DNA of 64,000 bases from Chiloscyllium plagiosum (Eukaryota), in the NCBI RefSeq assembly GCF_004010195.1, contig NC_057719.1:35919041-35983040 (forward strand), read 5' to 3'. A model generated the notes under the pieces. That model saw only the letters and a list, made by a program, of their open reading frames with translations. It had not been told where the DNA came from and did not search any database. Each line of letters opens with the position of its first letter. The stretch's first letter is position 1. The position numbers and the translations under genes are program-made. Shown one piece after another: positions 13,386-25,739 of this stretch.

Positions 13386-13620
13386 TCAATTTAACAGTCT
13401 CTTGAGGTAGACTATGGATTTATTAGTCCAACTTTTCCTGAGTAGCTATTTTACTTTATTCATCGGAGCCATTAGACTGCCATCTAATTGGTCACTTTCA
13501 GGGGCTTCCAGGCGTAGTTGAATTGCCTAGCAGAAAACTAAATTTCCTGGGCAATTCCTTCTCATTATGTTACGATTGGGATTTCACAGGGTCCCCATGC
13601 GCAACTTTGATCTGTGATAA

Positions 13621-14449
13621 GTTAAAAATCACACAACACCAGCTTATAGTCCAGCAGGTTTAATCGGAAGCACTAGCTTTTGAAGCGCTGCTCCTTCATC
13701 AGGTGGTTGTGGAGTATAAGATCGTAAGACACAGAATTTATAGCAAAAGTTTACAGTGTGATGTAACTAAAATTATACATTGAAAAATATCTTGATTGTT
13801 TGTTAAGTCTCTCATCTGTTAGAATGACCATATTAGTTTTACTTCTTTCATATGTAAATCGCAAAACGTTTTTTGAAAAGTTACATTCTCAAGTGAACTT
13901 TAACAATTGGTGTCAGCCCAGATAATGTATTGAAGGTGTTATCCCCGTGTGCCGTGGTCTGTGCCATAATTGCAGAGTTACATTGTACTTTGCTCAAAAA
14001 CTGCATGAATCCATGTAAGATTCTGCTAATTCATTTTTTAGATTAGAATCAGTCTAAACATTATGGCACAGACCGCAGCACACAGGGGGATAACACCTTC
14101 AATACATTATCTGGGCTGACACCAATTGTTAAAATTTACTTGAGAATGTAACTTTTTTTAAAAATGTTTTGCGATTTACATGTGAAAGAAGTGAAACTAA
14201 CATGGTCATTTCTACAGATGAGAGACTTAACAATCTATCAAGGTATTTTTCAATGTATAATTTCGGTTACATCACACTGTAAACTTTTGCTATAAATTCT
14301 GTGTCTTACAATCGTGTACTCCACAACCACCCGACGAAGGAGCTGTGCTCCGAAAGCTAATGCTTCCAATTAAACCTGTTGTTCTATAACCTGGTATTGC
14401 GTGATTTTTAACTTTGCACACCCCAGTCCAACACTGGCATCTCTAAATC
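13621..14449. mobile_element. Fold-back PLE-derived element (inverted pseudo-LTRs, hammerhead family B)
   Basis: 13621-13970 is an inverted copy of 14060-14412; ~37-nt extension on the right arm only; TSD ttgatctgtg 13607-13616 / 14450-14459. Confidence 0.9.
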
Positions 14450-15239
14450 TTGATCTGTGCTGACATAACAACTACCTGGTCATTCGAAAATCCATGACAT
14501 TGATGTAATGATATAGTTGCATTAGTGCTGCTTTGAGATGTCTGGTGAGGAGCAACCCTTCTCCCCTCCCACCCCAATACAGAGGAGTGTCATTAGTGGG
14601 GGGACAGGATCTATTGGTGCTTGCTTGGTTGAGCCTAGGACTTAGTTCACTGTTGGAGCCTAGCATAAAGAATGAACTTCCAAAGGCACATCTGGCACTC
14701 ACTAGTGGGTTCCAGTGGACATGGACTCCGGAAGAAAGTTTTTCTTTTCCTTTAAATTTCTTCTAATTTCTTTAAATAAATCTCTCCAAAAATTTATGTA
14801 GGGAGTTAACTGTCAGGATCATGGCTCAAGAATTTCAATACTATGTATTATCTTCTGAAAGTTGGACCCACATTTAACTTGTGATAGTTCCTTCATTTAA
14901 GAACTGCAATCCTTCCAGAGTAGTTAGCTTTTGTTTCAAAATTTTGAATGTATTCTCATGATCCTGTTAGACTGGTAACTTTTGAAAACAAATTTGAATA
15001 TCGAAGCTGACATTTCTAAGCTAAAAGGGCCATACAAAAAGAATAAACATTTTATAAACAAAAGGCTTTCATTGACGAAAGACATTGAACAAACATTATT
15101 AAGTTAACACTGTACAGTATCTCAAAACCAAATTACAAATGGAATTCTCACCATTCTGCAGTTAATTTTAATCAAGAATTCCTTTCTCCTTATGTTGCAG
15201 TTTTGAGAAGTTATTCACTTATCCTGCAAATAACCAATG

Positions 15240-15725
15240 TCTGAAGGATTTGATTGTACTGGAGAGGGTGAAGAGGAAATTCATGAGGATATTGCCTGGG
15301 CTGGAGTAGTTTATCCATGAAGAGAGGCTGGATAAGCTTGGGTTGTTTGCTTTTGAACGGGTGACCTGATCAAGGTGTATAAGATTGAGGGACAAGGACA
15401 GGGTGGATAAGAGGCAGTTGTTCCTTTTAGTTGAATGATAAATAACAAGTGACATAAGTTTAAGGTGCAAGGCAGAAAGTTTAGAGGGGATTTGAGGAAA
15501 GTTTCTTTTCACCCAGAGGGTTGTGCCAATCTGGAATGCACTGCCTAAAATGGTAGTTGAGGTGGAAAAGCACACAGTACTTAGATAAGCACATGAAATA
15601 TCATATCATTCAACGCTATGAAGCAAGTGCTGCAAAGTGGGATCCATGCAGATTTGGAGTACTTTTTGTTCGTGTAGCTTGATGGGCTGAACGGGCTTTT
15701 CTCTACTGTATGATTCTACAATTCT
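15240..15725 (+). mobile_element. CR1 LINE 3' fragment
   Basis: ctggagagggtgaagaggaaattc, ttcacccagagggttg, tatgattct tail. Confidence 0.85.
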
Positions 15726-16559
15726 GTCACAACCCCTAGAAAGTTTACTTAGTTCCCTAATTCTCCCTGGTTGAAGGCTTCCTGGGAGATTCTCCCATCA
15801 GCATCTGGCTAGCTTTAAATGTTTTTCAGTTTTCTGGTATCAAAGATGCAGGCATCGAGTCAGTGCATTAGGAATCATTCTCCATGACAGATGCTCTAAC
15901 CCCAGTTCTGGAGCAAGATAATGCAGACCATCCATTTCTCTCAAATGAGAAGCTTAAATGGCAGTGAAGAAAAGGCATCAAAGTCAAACATGTTTGGCCA
16001 CTAGAAGACGTTTTAGAGCTTGGTTTGTTCTTTCCGGATGCAGACAGAGAAGGGACCCGGCACTCATTTTGTGCATTTAGTGAAGGTAAAGATTTTGGAT
16101 CATTACGTACTCTTGAATTCCAGTGACACTGTCCCTGAGACCCTGAAATCTCTCTTAATGGTAATTATCTTTTAACTGAAGAAGGTACAAAGAGTTAATG
16201 TTTTTGACTTGCATCATAAAACCAGCTAAAGATTGCACCAATAGTAATTGCAACCACAATTAGGTGGAGACATTCCTCGCCAGGGAATACAAATAAACCT
16301 TATATTCCCTCAATAGCAAAAGAAAGCAAACAAAATTTCAAAACATTCTGTACCTTCCAAAATGCTCTCAACATCTGAGATACCTTGGATTATGGAGTTA
16401 GAGATATTCACGTGTATTCATCCAACTATAGCTGGATAGTAGAATCGAGTTAGCATTGGATGAAGGAGGTGTTACAGGGGCACATCAAGCAGATCATGAG
16501 GTGAGTTTGGGATGAAACTGTGACAAGTCTTTCTTGGCCTCAGGGAGAGAAACCCTCCA

Positions 16560-17450
16560 TGAAACTCAACAAAATTGATGCTTAACCAAAATGTCATAAG
16601 AATCAACCCAGGGTCTTTAAATCGTGCTAATCTCTTACTGGCCCGTATGCATCTTGTAGTTCAAATAGTTGATGTTCCTCTTCTGGGAAGTGTCATTCCC
16701 ATGTTACTTGTTGCTGTGGTGACTCTTGTTCTATTTCCATATTTAGATTGCAGTGCTCTGTGCAGATGGGGAGTTTATATCTTCCCAAAGCTAAGATAGA
16801 TAATTTTTTGAACAGTAAAGGAATTAAAGGTTATCGTGAGAGGGCGGGTAAATGGAGCTGAGTCCCCAAAAATGTCAGCCATGATCTTATTGAATGGCAG
16901 AGTGGGCTTGAAGGGTCAGATGGCCTATTCCTCCTATTTCTTATGTTCAGATTGGCTATTTACACATGTGTGTGTATGTGTCTGAAGTTTCCACAGTATA
17001 TTTGGTGTTCACTTTCTACCATGAATGAAGTGGCAGGTCCAAACTTTTCGCTTGGACTGACTTTAGTTGAGAGCATTGAAGGTTTATACCCTGGCTAGCT
17101 CTCCAATGCTCAAATTTGCAAGTTGTGGCAACATTCTTTTAATGATTGACATATGGTGCTAAGATCTCTCTTAAATGATTTATTCAGATGCATTGGCTCA
17201 ATGCATGTTCTCAGTTTTTCAGGTTATTTCACTGTTAATCTGTAGGAGCCATTACTTTTTTGATTACCCCCTGCTTTTCCAGCTCTTTCTTCTTGTCTTT
17301 CAAGCTGGATTGAGGATAGCTTGGACATTTCTTGGCAGAATCGGAATTGGTCTTACATTCTTAAGTCTTAACTAGTAAACACACCATCGTATTCCTCTAG
17401 GATCTGTTCTGTGGTCAATGGTCAATGCTGTAACATGCAGCAAGTCTCTT
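16560..17450 (-). mobile_element. Highly decayed Gypsy integrase C-terminal relic
   Basis: Minus strand reads KFGPATSFMVESEHQIYCGNFRH (like PRSYxV..YRRNRxH), an SNG-like motif upstream and a TTRxxRxSK-like end. Confidence 0.4.
16788..16948 (+). mobile_element. CR1 3' end nested in the Gypsy relic
   Basis: aaggaattaaaggttat...cagccatgatcttattgaatggc...cctatttcttatgtt. Confidence 0.8.
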
Positions 17451-17459
17451 TTGTTAAGT

Positions 17460-17780
17460 TGGTCGGGTCAGTTCATTGAGTATAGGAGCTGGGATGTCAT
17501 ATTGTGGCTGTACAGGACATTGGTGAGGTCAATTTTGGAATAATGAGTTTAGTTATGTCTCCCTCCTATTGTTAAACTTGAAAGGGTCAAGAACATTTTA
17601 CAAGGATATTGCTGGGGTTGTAGGGTTTGAGAGGCTGAATAGGCTGGGACTATTTTCCCTGGAATATCAGGTTCAGGAGTAACGTTATGGAGGTTCACAA
17701 AATCCTGAGGGTGAGAAGCCAAGTTATTTTTCCTAGCGTAGGGGAGTCCAAAACTAGAGAGTAATAGGTTTAAAGGCACC
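17460..17780 (+). mobile_element. CR1 LINE fragment
   Basis: IEYRSWDVILWLYRTLVR-like coding remnant. Confidence 0.8.
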
Positions 17781-18451
17781 CTGAGAATTGCCAGGTAATC
17801 ATAGACCAATAATTATCCGTCACTGGTATTGCCCCCAGGAATAGTGGCTGTTTCTGTTAACTCTCTAAGGCTCAGCCAGTGAAATGTTGCTGGATCCCTT
17901 AACACGGATGAATGGGGTGGATGGGATGAGGATACAGGACCTGTTGAATTCCTCTGAATTCTGGTGTGCTCAGGGTTAATGGGGTTTAAGTGGTTCATTC
18001 GTGAGACCAAATGGAACCCCCCCCCCCCCCCCCCCACCTCCCCCCACAAACCACCACCACCCCGCCATCCTGGCTATTAGGTGGGGTTGCTCCATTGTGT
18101 TCTTTCAGTCCCCATCTTAACAATGAGCAGCTTTCCTGATGCCAGGAATTGGACACTGGTCCAATCCTTGCAACCCCCTCCTGCCATCATGCCTGTTCTG
18201 GCAGCTCAATAAATTCTACCAAATGTGTTTAAAAATCTGGTCTAATTAAGATGTCGACATTTAGCAGGGCAGCCATCTGTTGATTTTCCATGTATTGTAG
18301 CATCACTTAACTCATAATGTTTTTGTATAGTACCCTGTTGACCCTGCATCAAAGATTTTTAGTTTATTGGGACCAAACATCTGTACTGAATGAATTGAAG
18401 CCATGTGTGTTCTGCGAAGCCATGTGCTGCAAAGTTGTCGAGTAAAATGTT

Positions 18452-18685
18452 TTGTTTTTACACAGAGAGAGGTTTGTGTGTGGAATGAACTGCCAGAGGA
18501 GGTGGTGGATGCAGGTACAGTTACAATATTTAAAATACATTTCAATAAGTACATGAATAGGGAAGGCTTGGAGGGATATGGGCCAAACATAGGCAAGTGG
18601 AATTAGTTTGGTTTGGAAACATGGTTGGCAGGGACTGGTTGGACCGAAGAGTCTGTTTCCATGCTGTATGACTCTATGATTCTAA
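18452..18685 (+). mobile_element. CR1 3' end
   Basis: FTQREVCVWNELPEEVVDAGT; ctgtatgactctatgattct tail. Confidence 0.88.
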
Positions 18686-19464
18686 GTCTTTAATTTCTGG
18701 CTGCCGATTTAATTGGACTTCTATATAGCCTAGTGTTGCTGAATAATAATATTTTAGCAGAGGCTATTGGAATTGCCAAACTCGTTAATATGACAGGAGA
18801 TATTAAGAATGTTTTTTTTTTGTAGTGCCTTGCTGCAGCTGCTAACATCTCTGTGTTAGGATAGATTTCTAAAAATACAGACATCTCATGCGGTAACCGC
18901 TGACATTGACAACCCACTACTGCTTTGGCGAAAATGAACTTGTGTTTTATTTTGCTGTTCCATACCATAGTACATTTATCCATTGAACCATTCTAGCACC
19001 ATTTATTTCATTAATGATGGAATTGATATTCATTATTTAAATAACATTTCGTATTACCAGAAAGTTACAATAGACAGATTTAGTTTAAATTCCAGAAAAG
19101 ACAAAATATTTCTCAAAGGCTGGTATTAATTTCAGTATGTTCTCTGAATCAAGTTAACTGGGTACTTGTGAGAGTACTGCAGCCATAGTTTGTTTATGTT
19201 CCACTCCTAGCAGTTGGGACAGCATGCCAAAGAGACTAGTCAGACAGTAGACAAAGGAATTTTGACTATCTGGCAACTTTATTATGTTTTAAACCACCTG
19301 CCTTAATGCTGTAACTGCTTGTTCAAGCAGCACACTGTTTCAATTTATTAAAGGTGGGGTTTCAGCACATTATATAAAGGCCATTTAAAAAGGAATGGTG
19401 CCAGTTTTGAATCTGATTTTCTGTCAGTTCTATTGACTTTTAAAGAGTCAGGAGGTAAAATTCA

Positions 19465-20440
19465 CAGAACGATAGAACTCTTATGGTGCAGAAGGAACAC
19501 TTTGGTCCACCTTGTTCATGCTGACCAGATATCCTAAACTGATCTAGTTCCATTTGCCAGTATTTGGTCCATATTCCTCTAAATCCTTTTTATTCATTTA
19601 CCCATCCAGATGCCTTTTAAATATTGCAATTGTACACGCCACCTCTGTCAGCTCATTCCATCCACGCACCGTTCTCTTCATGCCAAAGTTGCCCCTTAGG
19701 TCCCTTTTTAAATCTTTCCTATCTCTCACCTTAAACCTATGCCCTCTAGTTCTGGACTCCCTTATCCTGGGGCAAAATGACCTTGGCTATTCACTCTATC
19801 CATGCCCCTTATGATTCTATAAACATCTCTAAGGTCATCCCTCGGCTCCTGATGCTCCTGAGCTACCCCTATAGCTCAAAACCTGGCAATATCCTTGTGA
19901 ATCTTTTCTGAACATTTCAAGTTTCACAACATCTTTCTTATAGGATGGAGATCAGAATTGAGTGCAATTTTCCAAAAGTCGCCTAACCAATGTCCTGTAC
20001 AGCCACACCATGACCTCCCAAGACCTATATTCAAAGCCCTGACCAATAAAGACAGTGTACCAAATGCCGCCTTCATTGCCTATTTACCTGCAACTCCACT
20101 TTCAATGAATTGTGAACCTACAGTACAAGGTGTCTTTGTTCAGCAACATTCCTCAGGGCCCTTAGCATCAAGTGTCTAAGTCCTGCCTGATTGGCCCTAC
20201 CAAAATGCAGCACCTCACCTTTATCTTGATTAAACTCCGTCTGCGCATTGGTACATCTGATCAAGGTCCTGTTGTACTCTGCCGTAACCTTCTTTTCTGT
20301 CCACTACACCTCCAATTTTGGTGTCATCAGCAAACATACCTCCTATATTCACATCCAAATCATTTATGTAAATGACCAGCAGCAATGGATCCAACACTAA
20401 TCTTTGTGACATACCACTGGTCACAGGCCTCCAGTCTAAA
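19465..20440 (-). mobile_element. CR1 LINE RT to 3' fragment
   Basis: ORF 20230-20424 VIYINDLDVNIGGMFADDTKIGG. Confidence 0.9.
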
Positions 20441-20444
20441 TATC

Positions 20445-20820
20445 GTAATTAGTGCTATTCTCCTGCCCTTCTCACATAAGCCTATGCCTTACTTTGATTT
20501 GAATAATCCTCTAATGTCGTCTTGAATGCCTCAATTGAACCTGACTCCTCTACACTTTAAGACAGTATAAATCAATGTTTATTTACATGGAATTTATATG
20601 TTTTGCAAATAACTTTAAATCAATGCCCTTTTGCTCTTGATATTTTTAAGAGGAGGAACAGGTTCTCCCTGTCTACTCTGTGCAAATCTCTCATGAATTT
20701 GAAAACTTTAATCAAATCCCCACATAGCTTTCACCTCTCTAAGGAAAGCAGTCCCATACCTCTCTGACTTATCTTCATATCTAAAGATTTTCATTCCTGG
20801 AATAATTCTTGTAAACTTTC
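20445..20820 (-). mobile_element. Older CR1 3' fragment
   Basis: tccctgtctactctg, cattcctggaataattcttgtaaac resemble CR1 minus-strand blocks. Confidence 0.55.
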
Positions 20821-21254
20821 TTTTAGCTGTATTGCAGTTGAGACACGGGCACTAACAGATCTAAAATCCATTTGTGAAGTCACTGTAAAGGAACAGGAAA
20901 CTGATGCACTAAAGCTAAATTTCACACACTGGGTTCATAATAGCAGGGCAATAATGGGATTACTCACTCTAATCATACAGCATTAGAGTGAGTAAACCAT
21001 TATTATCAGAATTTATTGTTTAAACAATAATGTACGGAAACAACAATTGAAAGAAATAGAAACAATATCAAATTGATGTTCAAATTAAGCATGGCTCATC
21101 TTAATAGTTTAATATTAGACGATGATAGAATTCAAACTTTTGGGCGACAATACATAGGTTCCTTTGCGAGGAATTGCATAGGAGCATGTAGCAGATATAG
21201 GGAAAGGCATATAGGAAGTGTGATATTTTTCCTTTGAACACAGTGAACTGCTTT

Positions 21255-21855
21255 GCAGAACACCTATGTTCTGTTCCCAAACTTGTCTGAGCTTCTAGTT
21301 GCCTGCCACTTCAACACACCACTGGTTCGCTGGCCAACATTTCTGTCCCTTGCTGCTATATGCCAGCAAAGTTCAGCACAAGCTGGAAGAACAGCACCTC
21401 ATTTTCTGCTTGTGGACCCCACAGCCTTCAGGACTCAGTATCAAGTTCAATAATTTTAGGGCCTGAGCATCTTCTCCCATGTCCTTACTACAATATCCAA
21501 TACCAGGCCCTGTCATCACATGGGCTGCTACCACAACCCATTGTCAGTTACAAATGGTTCCCATTAGCAGTTATTGATTCTCTCAGGATGATGTTTATCC
21601 ATTCCTTTGTCTGCATAACTCTTGGAGCCCAGAGAGGGAGAAAAACATCTCCACCTCTTGTTTACTCCTCCCCACTCCCTCTATCCCATTCTCAGTATAT
21701 ATACCAATCTTTTCCTCACTACAGACTGTTCTGAAGAAGGTTCACTGGACCTGAAATGTTAACTTTGCTTTTTCTCTGCAAATGCTGCCAGACCTACTGA
21801 GTTTTTCAGCAATTTCTGTTTCATTTCTGGTTTCCATCATCCACAATTCATTGTT
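21255..21855 (+). mobile_element. PLE 3' end (GIY-YIG C-terminus + pseudo-LTR)
   Basis: VACHFN...KLEEQHLIF..QPSGLSIKFNNF remnants, then hammerhead motif and gctgccagacctactgag tail. Confidence 0.75.
21728..21763 (+). ncRNA. Minimal hammerhead ribozyme motif, family C
   Basis: gtt CTGAAGA a ggttc-actg-gacct GAAA tgtt aac; stem I gtt/aac. Confidence 0.6.
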
Positions 21856-23371
21856 TTTCTTTAATTTTTTTTATTTTGTTTGGCTCCAACTAATTCAGCA
21901 GGGGGATGAGAACCTAAATTGTAGTTCCAGTGTCCAGGAAGTTGAGAGTAGTGAGGTCAGAAATTAGGTTTCAAGGTCACAAGATTTCATCGGCAAGCAG
22001 GAAGATGGTTTGAAGTGTGTCTACTTCAACACCAAGAGCATCCGGAATAAGGTGGTGTACTTGCAGCATGGGTTGGTAGCTGGGACTTCGATGTTGTGGC
22101 CATTTTGGAGACATGGATAGATCAGGGACACGAATGGTCGTTGCAGGTTCCAGGATTTAGATGTTTCAGTAAGAACAGAGAAGATGGTAAAAGAGGGGGA
22201 AATGTGGCATTGTTAGTCAAGGATAATATTACGGTGTCAAAAAAGACATTTGAGGACTCATCTGCTGAGGTAGCATGGGCTGAGATTAGAAACAGGAAAG
22301 GAGAAGTCACCCTGTTGGGAGTTTTCTATAGGCCTCCAAATAGTTCCAGAGATGTATAGGAAAAGATAGCAAAGATAATTCTGGACAGGAGCGAGAGTAA
22401 CAGGCTATTGTTATGGGGGCCTTTAACTGTCCAAATATTGACTGTAAATAAATAAAGTTCGAGTGCTTTAAATGGGTCAGTTTTGTCCGATGTGTGCAGG
22501 ATGGTTTCCTGACACAGTATGTAGACAAGCCAACAAAGGGCAAGGCCACATTGAACTTGGTACTGGCTAATGAAACTGACCTGGTGTTAGATTTGGAGGT
22601 AGGTGAATACTTTGATGAAAGTGACCACAATTCGGTTATGTTTACTTTAGCGATGGAAAGGGATAGTTACATACCACAGCGCAAGACTTATTGCTGTGAG
22701 AAAGGTAATTATGATGCAAATAGGCAAGATTTAGGATGCATAGGATGGAGAAGGAAACTGCAGGGGATGGCCACAATTGAAATGTGGAGCTTATTCAAGG
22801 AACAGTTACTGCGTGTCCTTGATAAGTATGTCCTTGTCAGGCAGGGTGGCAGTGATCAAGCGAGGGAGCCTCTTGTCAAAAGGAAGAAAAAGGCTGATGT
22901 TAGGATGAGAGATGAAGGCTCAGTTAGGTCACTTGAGAGTTACAAGTTAGCTAGGAAAGACCTAAAGAGAGAGCTAAGAAGTGCCAGGAGCGGACATGAG
23001 AAGTCATTGGCAGATAGGATCAAGGAAAACCCTAAAGCTTTCTGTCGGTATATCCGGAATACAAGAATGATGAGATAGATTTGGGCCAATTAAGGATAGT
23101 ATTGGGAAGTTGTGTGTGGAGTCCAAGGAGATAGGGGAAGCGCTAAATGAATATTTTTCATCAGTATTCACACTGGAAAAAGACAATGTTGTTGAGGAGA
23201 ATACTGAGATACAGGCTACTAGATAAGACGGAATTGAGGTTCACAAGGAGAGGTGTTAGCAATTCTGGAATGTGTGAAAATAGATAAGTCCCCTGGGCCA
23301 GATGAAATTTATCCTAGGATTCTCTGGGAAGCCAGGGAGGAGATTGCAGAACCTTTGGCTTTGATTTTTAT

Positions 23372-23470
23372 TCTGGATCAGTGGTGCTGGAAGAGCACAG
23401 CAATTCAGGCAGCATCCGAGGACAGGCAAAATCGACGTTTCGGGCAAAAGCCCTTCATCAGGAATGATGA
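23372..23470 (-). mobile_element. 99-bp PLE pseudo-LTR mini-insertion with hammerhead family A
   Basis: TSD tttgatttttat 23360-23371 / 23471-23482; matches 46660-46756. Confidence 0.9.
23431..23465 (-). ncRNA. Minimal hammerhead ribozyme motif, family A, intact core
   Basis: attc CTGATGA a gggc-tttt-gccc GAAA cgtc gat. Confidence 0.75.
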
Positions 23471-23603
23471 TTTGATTTTTATGTCGCCATTGTCTACAGG
23501 AATAGTGCCAGAAGACTGGAGGATAGCACATGTTTTTCCCTTGTTCAAGAAGGGGAGTAGGGACAACCCTGGAAATTGTAGACCTGTGAGCCTTACTTAG
23601 GTT

Positions 23604-23820
23604 AGACCATAAGACCATAAGACATAGGAGTGGAAGTAAGGCCATTCGGCCCATCGAGTCCACTCCGCCATTCAATCATGGCTGATGCGCATTTCAGCTC
23701 CACTTACCAGCGTTCTCCCCGTAGCCCTTAATTCCTCGAGACAACAAGAATCTATTAATCTCGGCCTTGAAGACATTTAGCGTCCCGGCTTCCACTGCAC
23801 TCCGTGGCAATGAATTCCAC
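23604..23820 (-). mobile_element. Young CR1 3' end nested in CR1
   Basis: (ataagacc)n tail; ggtt duplicated at 23600-23603 / 23821-23824; same family as 53290-53513. Confidence 0.88.
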
Positions 23821-24465
23821 GGTTGTGGGTAAAGTGTTGGAAAAGGTTATAAAAGATAGGATTTATAATCATCTCAAGAGAAATAAGTTGATTAGGGATA
23901 GTCAACATGGTTTTGTGAGAGGTAGGCCATGCCTCCCAAACCTTATTGAGTTCTTTGAGATGATGACCAAACAGATGGATGAGGGTAAAGCTGTTGATGT
24001 GGTGCATATGGATTTCAGTAAGGCATTTGATAAGTTTCCCCACGGTAAGTTATTACACAAAATACGGAGGCATGGGATTGACGGTGATTTTGTGGTTGGG
24101 ATCAGAAATTGGCGAGCTGAAAGAAGACAGAGGGTGGTGGTTGATGGGAAATGTTCATCCTGGAGTTCAGTTATGAGTGGGGTACCACAGGGATCTGTTT
24201 TGGGGTCACTTCTGTTTGTCATTTTTATAAATGACCTGGATGAAGGGGTAGAAGGATGGGTTAGTAAATTTGCTGATGACACTAAGGTTGGTGGAGTTGT
24301 GCACAGTGCTGAAGGATGTTGCAGGTTACAAAGGGGTATAGATAAGCTGCAGTGCTGGGCTGATAGGTCGCAAATGGAGTTTAATACAGAAAAGTGTGAG
24401 GTGATTCACTTTGGAAGGAGCAACAGGAATAAAGAGTAGTGGACTAATGGTAAGATTCTTGGTAG

Positions 24466-25322
24466 CACAGTACAGGCCCTTTGGCCCCTGATGTTGCGCC
24501 GACCTGTGGAACCAATCTGAAACCTATATAACCTACACTATTTTCATCCATATATTTATCCAATGACCATTTAAATGCCCTTAAATTTGGCATATCTATG
24601 ACTGTTGCAGGCAGTACGTTCTATGCCCCGACTACTCTGAGTAAAGAAACTACGTCTGACATCTGTCCTCTATCTATCACCCTCAATTTAAAGCTATGTC
24701 CCCTCATGCTAGCCATCACTATCTGAGGAAAAAAGGTCTCACTGTCGACCCTATCTAACCCTCTGATTATCTTATATGTCTCAATTAAGTCACAACTCAA
24801 CCTTCTCTCTAATGAAAACAAATTCAGGTCCCTCAGCCTTTCCATATAAGACCTTCCCTCCATACCAGGCAACATCCTAGTAAATCTCCTCTGAACCCTT
24901 TCCAAAGCTTCCACGCCCTATAATGCGGTGACCTGAACTGTACGCAATACTCCAAGTGCGGCTGCACCAGAGTTTTGTACAGCTGAAGCATGACCTCATG
25001 GCTCCAAAACTCAATCCCTCTATCAATAAAAGGCCTTCTTAACAACCCTATCAACCTGGGTGGCAACTTTAGGGATCTATGTACATGGACATCGAGATCT
25101 CTCTGATCATCTACACTACAAGAATCTTATCATGAGCCCGGTACTCTTTATTCCTGTTGCTCCTTCCAGAGTGAATCACCTCTCACTTTTCCACATTAAA
25201 CTCTATTTGCCACCTCTCAGCCCATCTCTGCAGCTTGTCTATGTCCCTATGTAACCTGCAACATCCTTCAGCACTGTCCAGAATGCTACCGACCTTCGTG
25301 TCATCCGCAAATTTACTAACCC
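24466..25322 (-). mobile_element. CR1 LINE RT to 3' fragment
   Basis: [36 protein letters not shown] at the far end. Confidence 0.92.
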
Positions 25323-25644
25323 AGTAGCCCACTTGGATTAGTAAGGAAACTTGGGAAATTGAAATAGCTGATTGAGATCCCAGTGTGGGAAAGAAAAAGC
25401 AAAGACTGTGTCATTTTAAAGTGATAAGGCAATACCACCACAGAGAGTGTGACAAGCAGATAACTGTCTGTCTGATCCATTGCCACCTACATTGAGGGTG
25501 TGCGATGGGGATGAGTAGGTCCACATTGAACCCTCTACTTTGCAGCTAAACAGTGCCAAAATGCTAGAAAATTTTGCTTGCTTATTTGCTCACCGTATTC
25601 AGCGTTATGAATAGACCTAATGAGATTGCACACTGAACTTAAAG

Positions 25645-25739
25645 GTATGGGTGGGTTCGCTTCGGCGGGTCGGTGTGGACTTGTTGGGCCGAAGGGCCTG
25701 TTTCCACACTGTAATGTAATCTGTAATCTGTAATCTGTA
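25645..25739 (+). mobile_element. HE1 SINE 3' end
   Basis: cggcgggtcggtgtggacttgttgggccgaagggcc with (gtaatct)n tail. Confidence 0.85.

Larger units (their letters stand above)
21885..24465 (+). mobile_element. CR1 LINE ORF2 pseudogene (APE + RT) with two nested insertions
   Basis: APE motifs ETW, GVFYRPP, SDHN; RT motifs SQHGF, DFSKAFD, GVPQGSVLG, FADDTK; many stops and frameshifts. Confidence 0.95.

Noticed and set aside
13621..14449. DNA-transposon MITE interpretation of the fold-back elements
   Set aside because: Asymmetric ends, long variable TSDs and hammerhead motifs fit PLE retrotransposition; families A, C and D are also directly attached to PLE endonuclease remnants
24240..25322. 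Twin-priming inversion of a single CR1
   Set aside because: The plus and minus pieces both contain the FADDT region with different sequence, so they are separate copies
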